This document shows, one piece after another, positions 1 through 8,673 of a stretch of DNA of 64,000 nucleotides. The stretch is from Candidatus Terrybacteria bacterium RIFCSPHIGHO2_01_FULL_48_17. Lineage in GTDB: Bacteria > Patescibacteriota > Minisyncoccia > Terrybacterales > 2-01-FULL-58-14. The stretch's first letter is position 1; each line of letters opens with the position of its first letter. The position numbers were made by a program, and so were the translations under genes. A model generated the notes under the pieces. The model saw nothing but the letters and a program-made list of their open reading frames with translations. It searched no databases and was not told where the DNA came from. The stretch is from NCBI GenBank assembly GCA_001822835.1, contig MHSS01000002.1:65060-129059 (forward strand), written 5' to 3'.

Positions 1-1
1 T

Positions 2-874
2 TTCGACACACCCGCAAGATTCATCCATGATTTGTGGGAAAAACTTTTGTGGGGAGATCAGCCGGCCGGATGGCACGTGGGGGGTACTCCGCAAAGCGTT
101 GGGCAGATTACATATAAGGATCTTTCGGCCTTTTTCAAAACACACTATGTGGGGCATGCCACAGTGGTATGCCTTGCGGGCGCTGCACAACAAGCCGATC
201 TTAATCCTATGCGTAAACTTTTTTCTAAGATCGGCGCGGGAGAACAACACCAGCACTCAAAAATTCAGGAGGAACAAACCCATCCGCAGGTTCTTGTATA
301 TTATAAAAAGACCGATCAGACGCATATTGACCTTGGATTTCGCGCGGTTTCCTTAACCCATCCCATGCGATATGCTCTTGCGGTACTTGCAACGGTATTG
401 GGAGGAACCATGTCCTCGCGCCTTTTCTTGGAGCTTCGAGATAAACTCGGGCTGGCATATAGTGTAAAAACCGAGACATTTTTTGATACGGAATCTGGAT
501 ACTTGGTAACTTCTGCAGGAGTTAAGCATGAGTATTTAGAAAAGGCGATACGGGCAGTGCTTGCTGCGTACCACCATGCAAAAAAGTACCCGCCGGCACG
601 AGAGGAGCTTATGAAGGCAAAAGAGGCGATGCTTGGCCGTTTTGTGCTCGATTTGGAGCAGACGGATGAGGTTGCTTCGTATGTGGCAACGAATGCGTTA
701 TTACTCAACAAGTATGAGTCGGCGGAGGAGGAAATGCGGCGGCTCAAGCAGGTAACCGCCAGACAGATTCAGGAAGCGGCGAGATTGTTTTTTACTCCCG
801 AACGTCTTAATTTTGCGCTTATCGGACCTTATCGTGATAAAAAACCTTTCTATAAACTTTTAAATAATTTTTGA
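2..874 (+). CDS. M16 (insulinase/pitrilysin-like) peptidase family protein, C-terminal part; 5' end lies outside window (frame open to position 2)
   Basis: Open frame continues upstream of the TTG at 32 with no stop; sequence resembles M16 C-terminal/inactive domain; a second M16 with the HxxEH motif is at 21606. Confidence 0.6.
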   Translation, partial: FDTPARFIHDLWEKLLWGDQPAGWHVGGTPQSVGQITYKDLSAFFKTHYVGHATVVCLAGAAQQADLNPMRKLFSKIGAGEQHQHSKIQEEQTHPQVLVYYKKTDQTHIDLGFRAVSLTHPMRYALAVLATVLGGTMSSRLFLELRDKLGLAYSVKTETFFDTESGYLVTSAGVKHEYLEKAIRAVLAAYHHAKKYPPAREELMKAKEAMLGRFVLDLEQTDEVASYVATNALLLNKYESAEEEMRRLKQVTARQIQEAARLFFTPERLNFALIGPYRDKKPFYKLLNNF

Positions 875-932
875 GTTTCTTATACCGTTCCGTTATACTA
901 CTCACTACTTCCTGCTTTCTATTTTCTAAATT

Positions 933-1943
933 ATGTCTCTCGATATTCCCACAAAAACGATTGTTCGAGTGTTTGCAGCGCTTTTTATTGTTGCGCTGGT
1001 TTTGGTCTTGAAAGATATATTGGCGCTGTTTTTTTTGGCGCTCGTGGTTGCCTCTGGCCTTTCTCCTGTTATTGGATGGATGGAACGGAGGGGGTTTCCG
1101 CGCATTTTGGCTGTCACCATGCTTTTTGTTGGCGCGGCATTATTTATTGCGGGGCTGTTTTGGTTACTGATCCCCCCAATTTTGGAAGACATTAGCGAAC
1201 TCTCCAAAAATTTCCCCTTGTATGCCGAGCTTTTACGCGATAGTATTTCCCGTTTTGGTATTGCGCCGGAGGGTGCGGTTGGGGTTGGGGTTTCAGAAGT
1301 ATTTCGGGAGTTCGCCAATTATTTTGGCAAGGGAGTAACGGCGATTCCCGCAATTGTCTTTCAGTTTTTTGGCGGCATCATTGCGCTGCTTTCGTTTGTG
1401 TTGGTAACGTTTTATCTTGCGCTTGAACGGGATGGCGTTGAGCGATTTTTGAAAGCAATAGCGCCGGGGGAGGAGCCGTACGTTGTGGATCTGTGGCGCC
1501 GCGCGCAGCGGAAAATCGGATACTGGGCGCGCGGGCAGGCAGTACTTATGATCGTGATTGGCCTGGTAACGTATGCGGGGCTTTCGGTTTTGGGCGTGCG
1601 GTATGCCTTATTGCTTGCGGTATTGGCCGGACTTTTAGAGGTGGTGCAGCTCGTGGGGCCCATCGTGGCGGGTACCGTTGCGACCATTGTCGCGTTTTCT
1701 TCTTCTCCTTTGCTTGCCGTGGGGGTAGTACTTTTGTATGTTGCGATTCAGCAAATTGAGTCCAATATATTGGTTCCGGTCGTTTTCAAAAAAGCACTTG
1801 GCCTTTCTCCGGTTGTGGTGATATTTGCCTTGCTTGCCGGCGCAAAACTAGGAGGGGTGGTGGGCATGATTATTGCCGTGCCTTTGGTTGCTATTTTGTC
1901 GGAGCTTTTGTCAGATTTTTCTAAGGGGAAAATAAAATTGTAG
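933..1943 (+). CDS. AI-2E family transporter (PerM/UPF0118-like permease)
   Basis: 336-aa polytopic membrane protein with the characteristic AI-2E layout and G-rich C-terminal helices. Confidence 0.75.
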   Translation: MSLDIPTKTIVRVFAALFIVALVLVLKDILALFFLALVVASGLSPVIGWMERRGFPRILAVTMLFVGAALFIAGLFWLLIPPILEDISELSKNFPLYAELLRDSISRFGIAPEGAVGVGVSEVFREFANYFGKGVTAIPAIVFQFFGGIIALLSFVLVTFYLALERDGVERFLKAIAPGEEPYVVDLWRRAQRKIGYWARGQAVLMIVIGLVTYAGLSVLGVRYALLLAVLAGLLEVVQLVGPIVAGTVATIVAFSSSPLLAVGVVLLYVAIQQIESNILVPVVFKKALGLSPVVVIFALLAGAKLGGVVGMIIAVPLVAILSELLSDFSKGKIKL

Positions 1944-2002
1944 AAGCGGCTCAAAGCGCGGACTTGCGCGGATTTACCCGCCAGAGGCGGGCAAGCGCCG
2001 AC

Positions 2003-2452
2003 CTACGCGGACAATACGACTAATAGTAAAATCGTTGCCATTGCAACGTCAAATGGGAGGGTTTTGATAATCTTTCGCTCGCCCCGATAATGAAGCTTGC
2101 GATGAAATGCCCGAAATTGTTTCAAAAAGGGGATTTTGGGAAATAGAGATTGCATAACCCATAGCCCGTCGGGAAGCATGGCAAGAAACGCTGCCAAAAA
2201 TAAAAGCGGTTGCCAGCCCAACAAAAGCAAAATAATGGCAAACCCGGCGGATCCTTCAAGAACAGCACCCCCGATATTGAAGAACAGCCATGCCCCGCGC
2301 CTCTTTTCTTTGATCGCCTGTACCGAATAGTCGGTATGCGGCAGCCAATCAAACGCGAAGTGGCTTACAAAAGCCAACGGCAGCGCAATGAGCGGTTGCG
2401 GCATTATAGAAGCAATGGCTGCACCGGAAAGGGCGTGTAAGGCGAGTACCAT
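2003..2452 (-). CDS. hypothetical integral membrane protein
   Basis: 149 aa, about 4 hydrophobic helices, conserved-looking His/Asp residues; no family recognised. Confidence 0.45.
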   Translation of the reverse strand: MVLALHALSGAAIASIMPQPLIALPLAFVSHFAFDWLPHTDYSVQAIKEKRRGAWLFFNIGGAVLEGSAGFAIILLLLGWQPLLFLAAFLAMLPDGLWVMQSLFPKIPFLKQFRAFHRKLHYRGERKIIKTLPFDVAMATILLLVVLSA

Positions 2453-2590
2453 ATTGTAATAAGCTCAAATGTCCAAGCCCAAATGTCAAATAAATGTCCA
2501 ATGACTTAATGTCAAAGACCCGCGCATTCGGTTTTTGACATTGCTGCTTGGGATTTTGTTTGGCATTTGGATTTTGATATTGGGATTTGT

Positions 2591-3298
2591 ATGAGCGGTA
2601 TATTATACATCGTCGCCACCCCCATCGGAAATCTTGAAGATATCACCTTGCGGGCGTTGCGCGTGTTAAAAGAGGCGGATATGGTATTGGCGGAGGATAC
2701 GCGAGTCACAAAAAAATTGCTTTTTCATTATCACATTGAAAAGCCCCTTTTGTCATATCGGCAGCACTCGGGCGAGGGAGTGGTTGAAAAGATATTAAAA
2801 CTGCTTAGGGAGGGGAGGCGCCTTGCGTTGGTAACTGATGCAGGAACGCCAGGCATTGAAGATCCTGGAAACAAGCTCGTTGAAGAGGTGATTAAGCGAT
2901 TGGGTGATGGGGTGAACGTTGTTGTAACTCCCGGCGCATCTGCGCTGACAGCCCTTGCGTCGGTTGCGGGTATTTCCATGGACCGTTTTTGTTTTTTAGG
3001 GTATCCTCCGGCAAAAAAGGGGCGCAAGAGATTTTTTGAAGAAATGGCGCACGGCAGTCACGCCACGATACTTTATGAGTCACCTCACCGCATTCTTCGT
3101 ACGCTCGAAGATATAAGAGCCATCGTCGAAAACGAACGCTATATTGTCATTGGCCGCGAACTTACCAAAAAGTTTGAAACGATTTATCGCGGCAGTGTTG
3201 AGAAAATACTCGCGCAATTAGTGAGTCAAAAACCACAAGGCGAATATACGATTATTGTTGGGGCGGAAAAAGGAAAAGGCCGCAGAGCGGCCAATTAG
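2591..3298 (+). CDS. rsmI: 16S rRNA (cytidine1402-2'-O)-methyltransferase RsmI
   Basis: N-terminal ILYIVATPIGNLEDIT(L)RA motif and tetrapyrrole-methylase fold; start taken at the Met preceding GILYIV (the ORF-track start at 2567 is also possible). Confidence 0.85.
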   Translation: MSGILYIVATPIGNLEDITLRALRVLKEADMVLAEDTRVTKKLLFHYHIEKPLLSYRQHSGEGVVEKILKLLREGRRLALVTDAGTPGIEDPGNKLVEEVIKRLGDGVNVVVTPGASALTALASVAGISMDRFCFLGYPPAKKGRKRFFEEMAHGSHATILYESPHRILRTLEDIRAIVENERYIVIGRELTKKFETIYRGSVEKILAQLVSQKPQGEYTIIVGAEKGKGRRAAN

Positions 3299-3504
3299 AT
3301 AAGGTGCAATACCGCCAACCAAGAAAGAACGGTCGGTACTAAAAGCATGATAGTGATGAGCAGCGCGTATACGGAAAGCGCGACCTTAACAGCAGCCATT
3401 GTTGCAAAATCTGGTCCTTCTTTGGTTTCGCTTCGAGCGTAATAGATTGCAGCAACAAGGCCCATGATACACATTATGGTTAAGCTTATAGCAACTACCA
3501 ACAC
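3295..3504 (-). CDS. small two-helix membrane protein (hypothetical)
   Basis: 69-aa strongly hydrophobic ORF in the rsmI-metG gap; no homology recognised. Confidence 0.3.
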   Translation of the reverse strand: MLVVAISLTIMCIMGLVAAIYYARSETKEGPDFATMAAVKVALSVYALLITIMLLVPTVLSWLAVLHLI

Positions 3505-3568
3505 GAGCTTCTCCTTTGCCTGTTTTTATTAAAGATCCACCCCGTGATCTTAGTACCGTTTCATTTCT

Positions 3569-5056
3569 ATGTCAAATAAATTCTACATCACCACGGCAAT
3601 CGCATATACGAATGCGCCGCCTCATATCGGGTTTGCCCTGGAATTGGTGCAGGCGGATGTGTTGGCGCGGCTTCACGGTCTGCGCGGCGAAAAACGTTTT
3701 TTCCTTACTGGTACAGATGAGCACGGCCGAAAAAATATGCAGGCGGCACAGGGTGCCGGCAAAAAACCTGAAGAATTTGTTGATGAAATGGCGGGGCGTT
3801 TTGAAAAGCTCGCTCGCGCATTAAACGTTTCCAACGATGATTTTATAAGAACATCCGATCAAGACCGCCATTGGCCGGGCGTTGTCCAATTTTGGAAACA
3901 ACTTCAAGAATCCGGAGATCTATACAAAGCTCAATACGAAGGGCTTTATTGTTCGGGTTGCGAGGCATTCAAAAAACAAAGCGATCTTGAAGATGGCATG
4001 TGTCCTGACCACGGCAAAGTTCCCGACAGGGTGAAGGAAGAAAACTGGTTTTTCCGTCTTTCAAAATACCAAAAAGAGCTTACGCGCATTATTGGAGCGG
4101 ACGAACTTCGTATAGTGCCGGACACCCGTAAAAACGAAGTACTGTCATTTATTGCGCAAGGGCTGGAAGACGTTTCCTTTTCGCGTCCCCGAAGGGATTT
4201 GCCTTGGGGCGTTCCGGTTCCGGGCGACGACGCCCAAACTATATACGTTTGGGCCGATGCTTTAGTGAATTATCTTACCGGAATAGGGTACGGACACGGA
4301 CCTGGGGACAGGGTTCAGGGGACAGAAAGATTTGAAACATTCTGGCCGGCGGATATTCATGTTATCGGCAAAGACATCTTGCGATTCCATGCGGTAATCT
4401 GGCCGGCAATGCTGTTGTCGGCAAGATTGACGTTGCCCAAAATCCTTTTAGTGCATGGGCACATTCTTTCCGCTGGTAAAAAGATGTCAAAAACAATCGG
4501 AAACGTCGTTGACCCTTTTGCTATTGTTGAAAAATACGGGGTAGACGCAGTACGTTATTTTTTGCTAAAAGAAATTCCGACAACCGCAGACGGTGATTTT
4601 ACTGAAGACCGATTCCTTGAGGTTTATACTTCATCGCTTGCCAATAATCTTGGGAATCTGGTAGGGAGGATTGCCGCGTTGGGTAAAGATCAGGAGATAA
4701 CAGTACAGGCAGGACAGGATATTCAGGAAGTTGCAAAACGCGCGTGGGCAGAATACGAAGCGGCGTTTGCCGCCTTGCGGCTTGATGAGGCGTTGGGTGC
4801 TGTAGATAAGTTTGTCGGTTTCGGGAACGAATTCGTTGAGCGTACAAAGCCATGGGAAGGTGAGCATAATTTGCACGGTGCCTTGCCGCAGCTTGCGTGG
4901 ATGCTTGGCAATATTGCGTGGATGTTAGCACCACTTTTGCCCGAGACCGCGCGCAAAATTTTTGACCAATTAGGAATTGATCCGGGAGATACTGCGTTGT
5001 GGGAAGGAGAGAGTATTAAAATGAAAAAGGGCGCTTCGTTGTTTCCGAGGTTTTAA
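3569..5056 (+). CDS. metG: methionyl-tRNA synthetase (short form)
   Basis: Class I HIGH-like motif (PPHIGFA), KMSKT motif, and CSGC...CPDHG zinc knuckle. Confidence 0.9.
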   Translation: MSNKFYITTAIAYTNAPPHIGFALELVQADVLARLHGLRGEKRFFLTGTDEHGRKNMQAAQGAGKKPEEFVDEMAGRFEKLARALNVSNDDFIRTSDQDRHWPGVVQFWKQLQESGDLYKAQYEGLYCSGCEAFKKQSDLEDGMCPDHGKVPDRVKEENWFFRLSKYQKELTRIIGADELRIVPDTRKNEVLSFIAQGLEDVSFSRPRRDLPWGVPVPGDDAQTIYVWADALVNYLTGIGYGHGPGDRVQGTERFETFWPADIHVIGKDILRFHAVIWPAMLLSARLTLPKILLVHGHILSAGKKMSKTIGNVVDPFAIVEKYGVDAVRYFLLKEIPTTADGDFTEDRFLEVYTSSLANNLGNLVGRIAALGKDQEITVQAGQDIQEVAKRAWAEYEAAFAALRLDEALGAVDKFVGFGNEFVERTKPWEGEHNLHGALPQLAWMLGNIAWMLAPLLPETARKIFDQLGIDPGDTALWEGESIKMKKGASLFPRF

Positions 5057-5057
5057 T

Positions 5058-5203
5058 ACTCGCGATGAGCTTTTTCGCTTTCTGCGTTCCGCCCACCGAG
5101 CGGAACGCAGGGACTCGGCCTGCGCTCCCGAGCACTCAACGCGTTGAGTGCTCGGACCATGGCCGCTCCGGCCTCGTAACCCGCTCAAAAGCTCATCGTT
5201 CGC
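5058..5203. repeat. hairpin-rich intergenic repeat, copy A (terminal inverted repeats ctcgcgatgagctttt / aaaagctcatcgttcgc; internal perfect hairpins)
   Basis: Starts 2 nt after the metG stop; arms are near-identical to the arms of copy C (42421/42573); internal 24-nt perfect palindrome gagcactcaacgcgttgagtgctc. Confidence 0.7.
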
Positions 5204-5234
5204 ATATTAAAGAAGTCATCAGTCCTCATCAAAT

Positions 5235-5831
5235 ATGTTTAGGGAAAGAGAAACAAAGGAAGATTGGCGGGAGGATTTTGAGCGTGAGGTGATTCGGCGT
5301 TCGGCAGTTTCCGATGAGGAGCTGGTACGCAAGCGCGCAGCACCCTATGAGCCGCCGGCATTTGAAATTCGGGAAGCCCGTGAACGCGATGAATATATGG
5401 TGACATCACGAGAGATTTTGGATTTGTATCGTCTTCATTCGCAGATGACGGGTGATTTGTGGCCTAAAGCGGCGCCGTCGCTCCGTCCTTATTATGAAAA
5501 GCAGCTCGAACGTGTTTGGAATAAATTGCGGTGGACAATTCGACAAGAAACGCAAGAGGCAGAACAATCAGAACCCTTTTTTGATCAAGGACAACAGGAT
5601 TTCGCAAGAAAGCTCGAGGCGCTTTGGAATTCCATGGAAGAGCTCGGAGATAATGAAGACGATCAAGAGCATCGTTTCCATCAGATTGAAATTATTGGGC
5701 GAATTATTCACAGCCTGCATATTAACGGTCCACTCGCCCGATATTTGGTACGTGATATGCGCAATTTATCTGACGAACAGATTAAAGATTTTTTTGATAA
5801 ATTAGGCAACTACTACTACGCAGTTGCGTAA
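5235..5831 (+). CDS. hypothetical acidic protein
   Basis: 198-aa ORF, charged/helical composition; no recognisable domain. Confidence 0.5.
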   Translation: MFRERETKEDWREDFEREVIRRSAVSDEELVRKRAAPYEPPAFEIREARERDEYMVTSREILDLYRLHSQMTGDLWPKAAPSLRPYYEKQLERVWNKLRWTIRQETQEAEQSEPFFDQGQQDFARKLEALWNSMEELGDNEDDQEHRFHQIEIIGRIIHSLHINGPLARYLVRDMRNLSDEQIKDFFDKLGNYYYAVA

Positions 5832-5864
5832 CTGTGCCACCAAGCACCGTGTAACTATATCTCT

Positions 5865-6734
5865 ATGCCACAATTGGTAGATATCCATGGTCACATACAA
5901 TTTTCGGCATTCAAAGACGACGCCGACGAAGTGATAAAACGCGCCATAGATTCTGGCGTTTATATTATTGCGCCTTCGTCCCAGCTTTCCACTTCTAAGC
6001 GGGCGATTCTGTACGCGGAAAAATATCCGGGAAAGGTATTTGCAGCCGTAGGATTGCATCCAATTCACTTAAAACCCGCAAAGTTCGATCCGTCTGAGGG
6101 AGAAGCGCCTTCTTTTCAAACGCACGGAGATCAATTTGATGAGAAAACATGGCGGCCGTTGGCGGAGAATAAAAACGTGATTGCGTTGGGTGAGGTGGGT
6201 TTGGACTATATTGATCGGCTTGAGCTTTCAGAAAAAGACCGCGACGTGCAGGAAGAAACATTCCGCAAAGAAATTGAGTTGGCGCTTTCGGTCAATAAGC
6301 CCATTATCCAGCATTGCCGTTCAGGCATTGTCGAAGGCAAGGAACGTGATGCCCACGACGACGCGCTCCGCATCATCCGCGACTATATCCTGAACTCTGA
6401 ACCCTCTACCCTGCGTGGCGTTGCCCATTGCTACTCCGGCAATATCGGGCAAGCCAAGAAATATCTTGATTTGGGATTTCATCTTTCGTTTACCGGCCTT
6501 ATTACTTTTAACAACTTATGGGACGAGGTAATAAAAATGGCGCCTTTGGAGCGCCTGATGGTCGAAACCGATTGCCCGTATATGACACCGATACCGCATC
6601 GCGGCAAGCGCAATGAACCGATGTACGTGCGTTATATGGCAGATAAAATCGCGGAACTGAAAGGATTTTCTTTTGAAAGGGTAGCGGAGCGAACCACAAA
6701 GAATGCACAAGAGCTTTTTGGATTGCCATTGTAA
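5865..6734 (+). CDS. TatD family metal-dependent hydrolase/DNase
   Basis: N-terminal DIHGH/HxH motif and TIM-barrel TatD layout with a conserved C-terminal PYMxP-like segment. Confidence 0.85.
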   Translation: MPQLVDIHGHIQFSAFKDDADEVIKRAIDSGVYIIAPSSQLSTSKRAILYAEKYPGKVFAAVGLHPIHLKPAKFDPSEGEAPSFQTHGDQFDEKTWRPLAENKNVIALGEVGLDYIDRLELSEKDRDVQEETFRKEIELALSVNKPIIQHCRSGIVEGKERDAHDDALRIIRDYILNSEPSTLRGVAHCYSGNIGQAKKYLDLGFHLSFTGLITFNNLWDEVIKMAPLERLMVETDCPYMTPIPHRGKRNEPMYVRYMADKIAELKGFSFERVAERTTKNAQELFGLPL

Positions 6735-6769
6735 CCCTACAGAATATGTTTTAGTATAAAAAGGTAATT

Positions 6770-7231
6770 ATGATGGCCATCATAAAATTCTTTCGTTCTC
6801 TTCCAAAATCTCTGCTCGGGGGAATTCTTTTATTGTTTCTTGCGGGCGTTTTCGCAAATGCGGTTCCAACGCTTCACGCAGAACTGTTATTCCTTGATGG
6901 AGTCGTCCCCACGTTTTTATTGTGGGACCTCGTTTCTGATGGAGAGATCAACGCATGGTATCTGGATATTCCTGAAAATCCTTATTTGAAAATTATAAGT
7001 CCGGTGTATTTAGATCTTATTCTTCCAGCTATTGCTCTGCTTCTTTTTTGGGCGATAAGACCTCCTCGTACCACAAAACGTTTACTGGCCCGTCTTTTTT
7101 TAGTTTTCCTAATTCCTTTAATTTTAATACTCCTTCCAATACTGATCGGGATATTCTTATCCACCACGTTGTTTGCTCCCCCTCCTTTTTCTGATGTACC
7201 GGGCATTGACCCGACGTATTTCCAACAATGA
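6770..7231 (+). CDS. hypothetical Pro/Leu-rich membrane protein encoded inside the tatD 3'-end duplication
   Basis: 153 aa with 3-4 hydrophobic helices; AAAGG SD-like then ATG ATG; no homology recognised. Confidence 0.45.
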   Translation: MMAIIKFFRSLPKSLLGGILLLFLAGVFANAVPTLHAELLFLDGVVPTFLLWDLVSDGEINAWYLDIPENPYLKIISPVYLDLILPAIALLLFWAIRPPRTTKRLLARLFLVFLIPLILILLPILIGIFLSTTLFAPPPFSDVPGIDPTYFQQ

Positions 7232-7352
7232 ACCGATGTACGTGCGTTATATGGCAGATAAAATCGCGGAACTGAAAGGACTTTCGTTTGAAAAAGTGGC
7301 CGAGCAGACAACAGAAAATGCTATAACTCTTTTTGGGTTAAACATCGCTTGA
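7227..7352 (+). pseudogene. displaced duplicate of the tatD 3' end (encodes NEPMYVRYMADKIAELKG... about 41 aa)
   Basis: First 54 nt are identical to 6611-6664 of tatD, the rest diverged; no upstream gene body. Confidence 0.7.
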
Positions 7353-7415
7353 CGCTTATCGTGTAAGATGTAATAACGAAATCGCGCTCTTTGAAATACA
7401 AGGAAAGGAAAGTAG

Positions 7416-7748
7416 ATGACGCTTGAAGAAGCGAAGCAAATCATGACGGATTTTGTGGAAGTCCACGTGAAAACCCCGCCATTTAACGAATACATCAACG
7501 TGGTGGCACTTACCGATCGTATTACGGCGGAATTGATGTTAGCCGGAAGGGATCTTTCAACAGCTTCGGCAGAAGAAATGAAAGCGCAGCTTGAGGGCAA
7601 TGGCGAAAATCCCGATATGTGGGTGATTGCGCTTAGTGTCAAAACAGATTTGCCTCCGGAACTTTCATTGCCGAAAGAATATAAGGGTTTGCGCGTGTAT
7701 GTGTGCTGGAAGGGCGAATTTGTCTCTCATGGGAGGAGCAGAAAATGA
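7416..7748 (+). CDS. small protein, paralog 1 of a tandem triplicated family (C-terminal LP-x-EYKGLRVYVCW-GE motif)
   Basis: Strong SD (AAGGAAAGGA) upstream; alignable to the next two ORFs; stop overlaps the next start (ATGA). Confidence 0.6.
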   Translation: MTLEEAKQIMTDFVEVHVKTPPFNEYINVVALTDRITAELMLAGRDLSTASAEEMKAQLEGNGENPDMWVIALSVKTDLPPELSLPKEYKGLRVYVCWKGEFVSHGRSRK

Positions 7749-8068
7749 CCGAAGAAGAAGCGGTTGCGATCAAAACGGAATTTTCACGGAAATATATGCG
7801 AAAGGACCCGTGGAGTGATTACGTAAATACGTGTGCCCTTTCTGATTTAGCTACTGCAGAATGGATGACGGCAGATACACAAACCCAATTATCCCCCGGC
7901 GCACTGGAAGCCATACGAGTGCGTCTTGAGAAGAAGGGTTATAAGGCAGACGATTGGTGCATTACCGTCGGTCTCCGTAAACTTTTACCCAATAATTTGC
8001 GGTTGCCGAGCGCCTATAAAGGTTTGCGCGTTTATATCTGCTGGCTTGGCGAAGTTGTCGTCCACTAG
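7745..8068 (+). CDS. small protein, paralog 2 (MTEEEA..., LPSAYKGLRVYICWLGE)
   Basis: GGAGG 10 nt upstream of the ATG at 7745; clear similarity to paralog 1 along its full length. Confidence 0.6.
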   Translation: MTEEEAVAIKTEFSRKYMRKDPWSDYVNTCALSDLATAEWMTADTQTQLSPGALEAIRVRLEKKGYKADDWCITVGLRKLLPNNLRLPSAYKGLRVYICWLGEVVVH

Positions 8069-8077
8069 GAGGTCTTG

Positions 8078-8299
8078 ATGAATTATCAGCAGGCACGGCA
8101 GGCGAGGAAAGATTTTATGCGAGAGCACTTGCAGCAATTTAGCGACACGGTACACTCATGTAATCTTCTTGTGAAATGGAGCAATCCTCCGCAATGGACG
8201 ATTTACCTACGGCTCAAAAAGGAATTGCCGCAAGGCATGTACCTGCCGGAAACTTACCGAGGATTGAATGTCCGCACAGAGGTGGGAGGAAAAAAGTAA
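8078..8299 (+). CDS. small protein, paralog 3 (shorter, diverged; LPETYRGLNV)
   Basis: GGAGG 8 nt upstream; shares the C-terminal W-I...LP..Y(K/R)GL-V motif with paralogs 1 and 2. Confidence 0.5.
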   Translation: MNYQQARQARKDFMREHLQQFSDTVHSCNLLVKWSNPPQWTIYLRLKKELPQGMYLPETYRGLNVRTEVGGKK

Positions 8300-8646
8300 T
8301 GAAAAATCATGTAACTTGGAATGTGATCGAGCTTACTATTTTTGAGGCGATTAGGAGTGATCTTTCGGCAGCGCGCTCTGGGATTATGCGAGGCAATAAT
8401 TTACCCTCGCAACACCGAATTTTTACCGCATTGCTGAAAGCAGGTTATCTCACCAAAACCTTTGATCCCGCACGCTGTTGGAGGCCGATGGAAAGGCATT
8501 GCGACAACGAGATCGAGGCGTCAATTAGTAATACTTTTGAAGAATATCTTGCACAACACAAGAAGGGTGTTTTAAAGATCGGGCCAGATATCGTGCGTCG
8601 TATCTACCAAGCGCTTGCCCAAAAAGGATACGTAAGAAAAAAATAA
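8299..8646 (+). CDS. hypothetical protein (fourth gene of the coupled operon)
   Basis: TAATG stop/start overlap with paralog 3, GGAGG upstream; 115 aa, basic C-terminus; followed directly by a terminator. Confidence 0.5.
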   Translation: MKNHVTWNVIELTIFEAIRSDLSAARSGIMRGNNLPSQHRIFTALLKAGYLTKTFDPARCWRPMERHCDNEIEASISNTFEEYLAQHKKGVLKIGPDIVRRIYQALAQKGYVRKK

Positions 8647-8647
8647 T

Positions 8648-8673
8648 CCCCGCAATTAAGCGGGGTTTGTTCT
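8648..8673. terminator. bidirectional rho-independent terminator (CCCCGC-AATTAA-GCGGGG + TTTGTTCTT)
   Basis: Perfect 6-bp GC stem 2 nt after the stop at 8646, T-run following; also sits at the 3' end of the convergent gene 8673-9371. Confidence 0.6.

Noticed and set aside
2453-2566. CRISPR-like array (repeated short words in intergenic regions here and at 38181-38292 and 49563-49665)
   Set aside because: Repeat units are only 6-12 nt, irregularly spaced with no spacer-length periodicity of 25-40 nt, and no cas genes are present. Not a CRISPR array.
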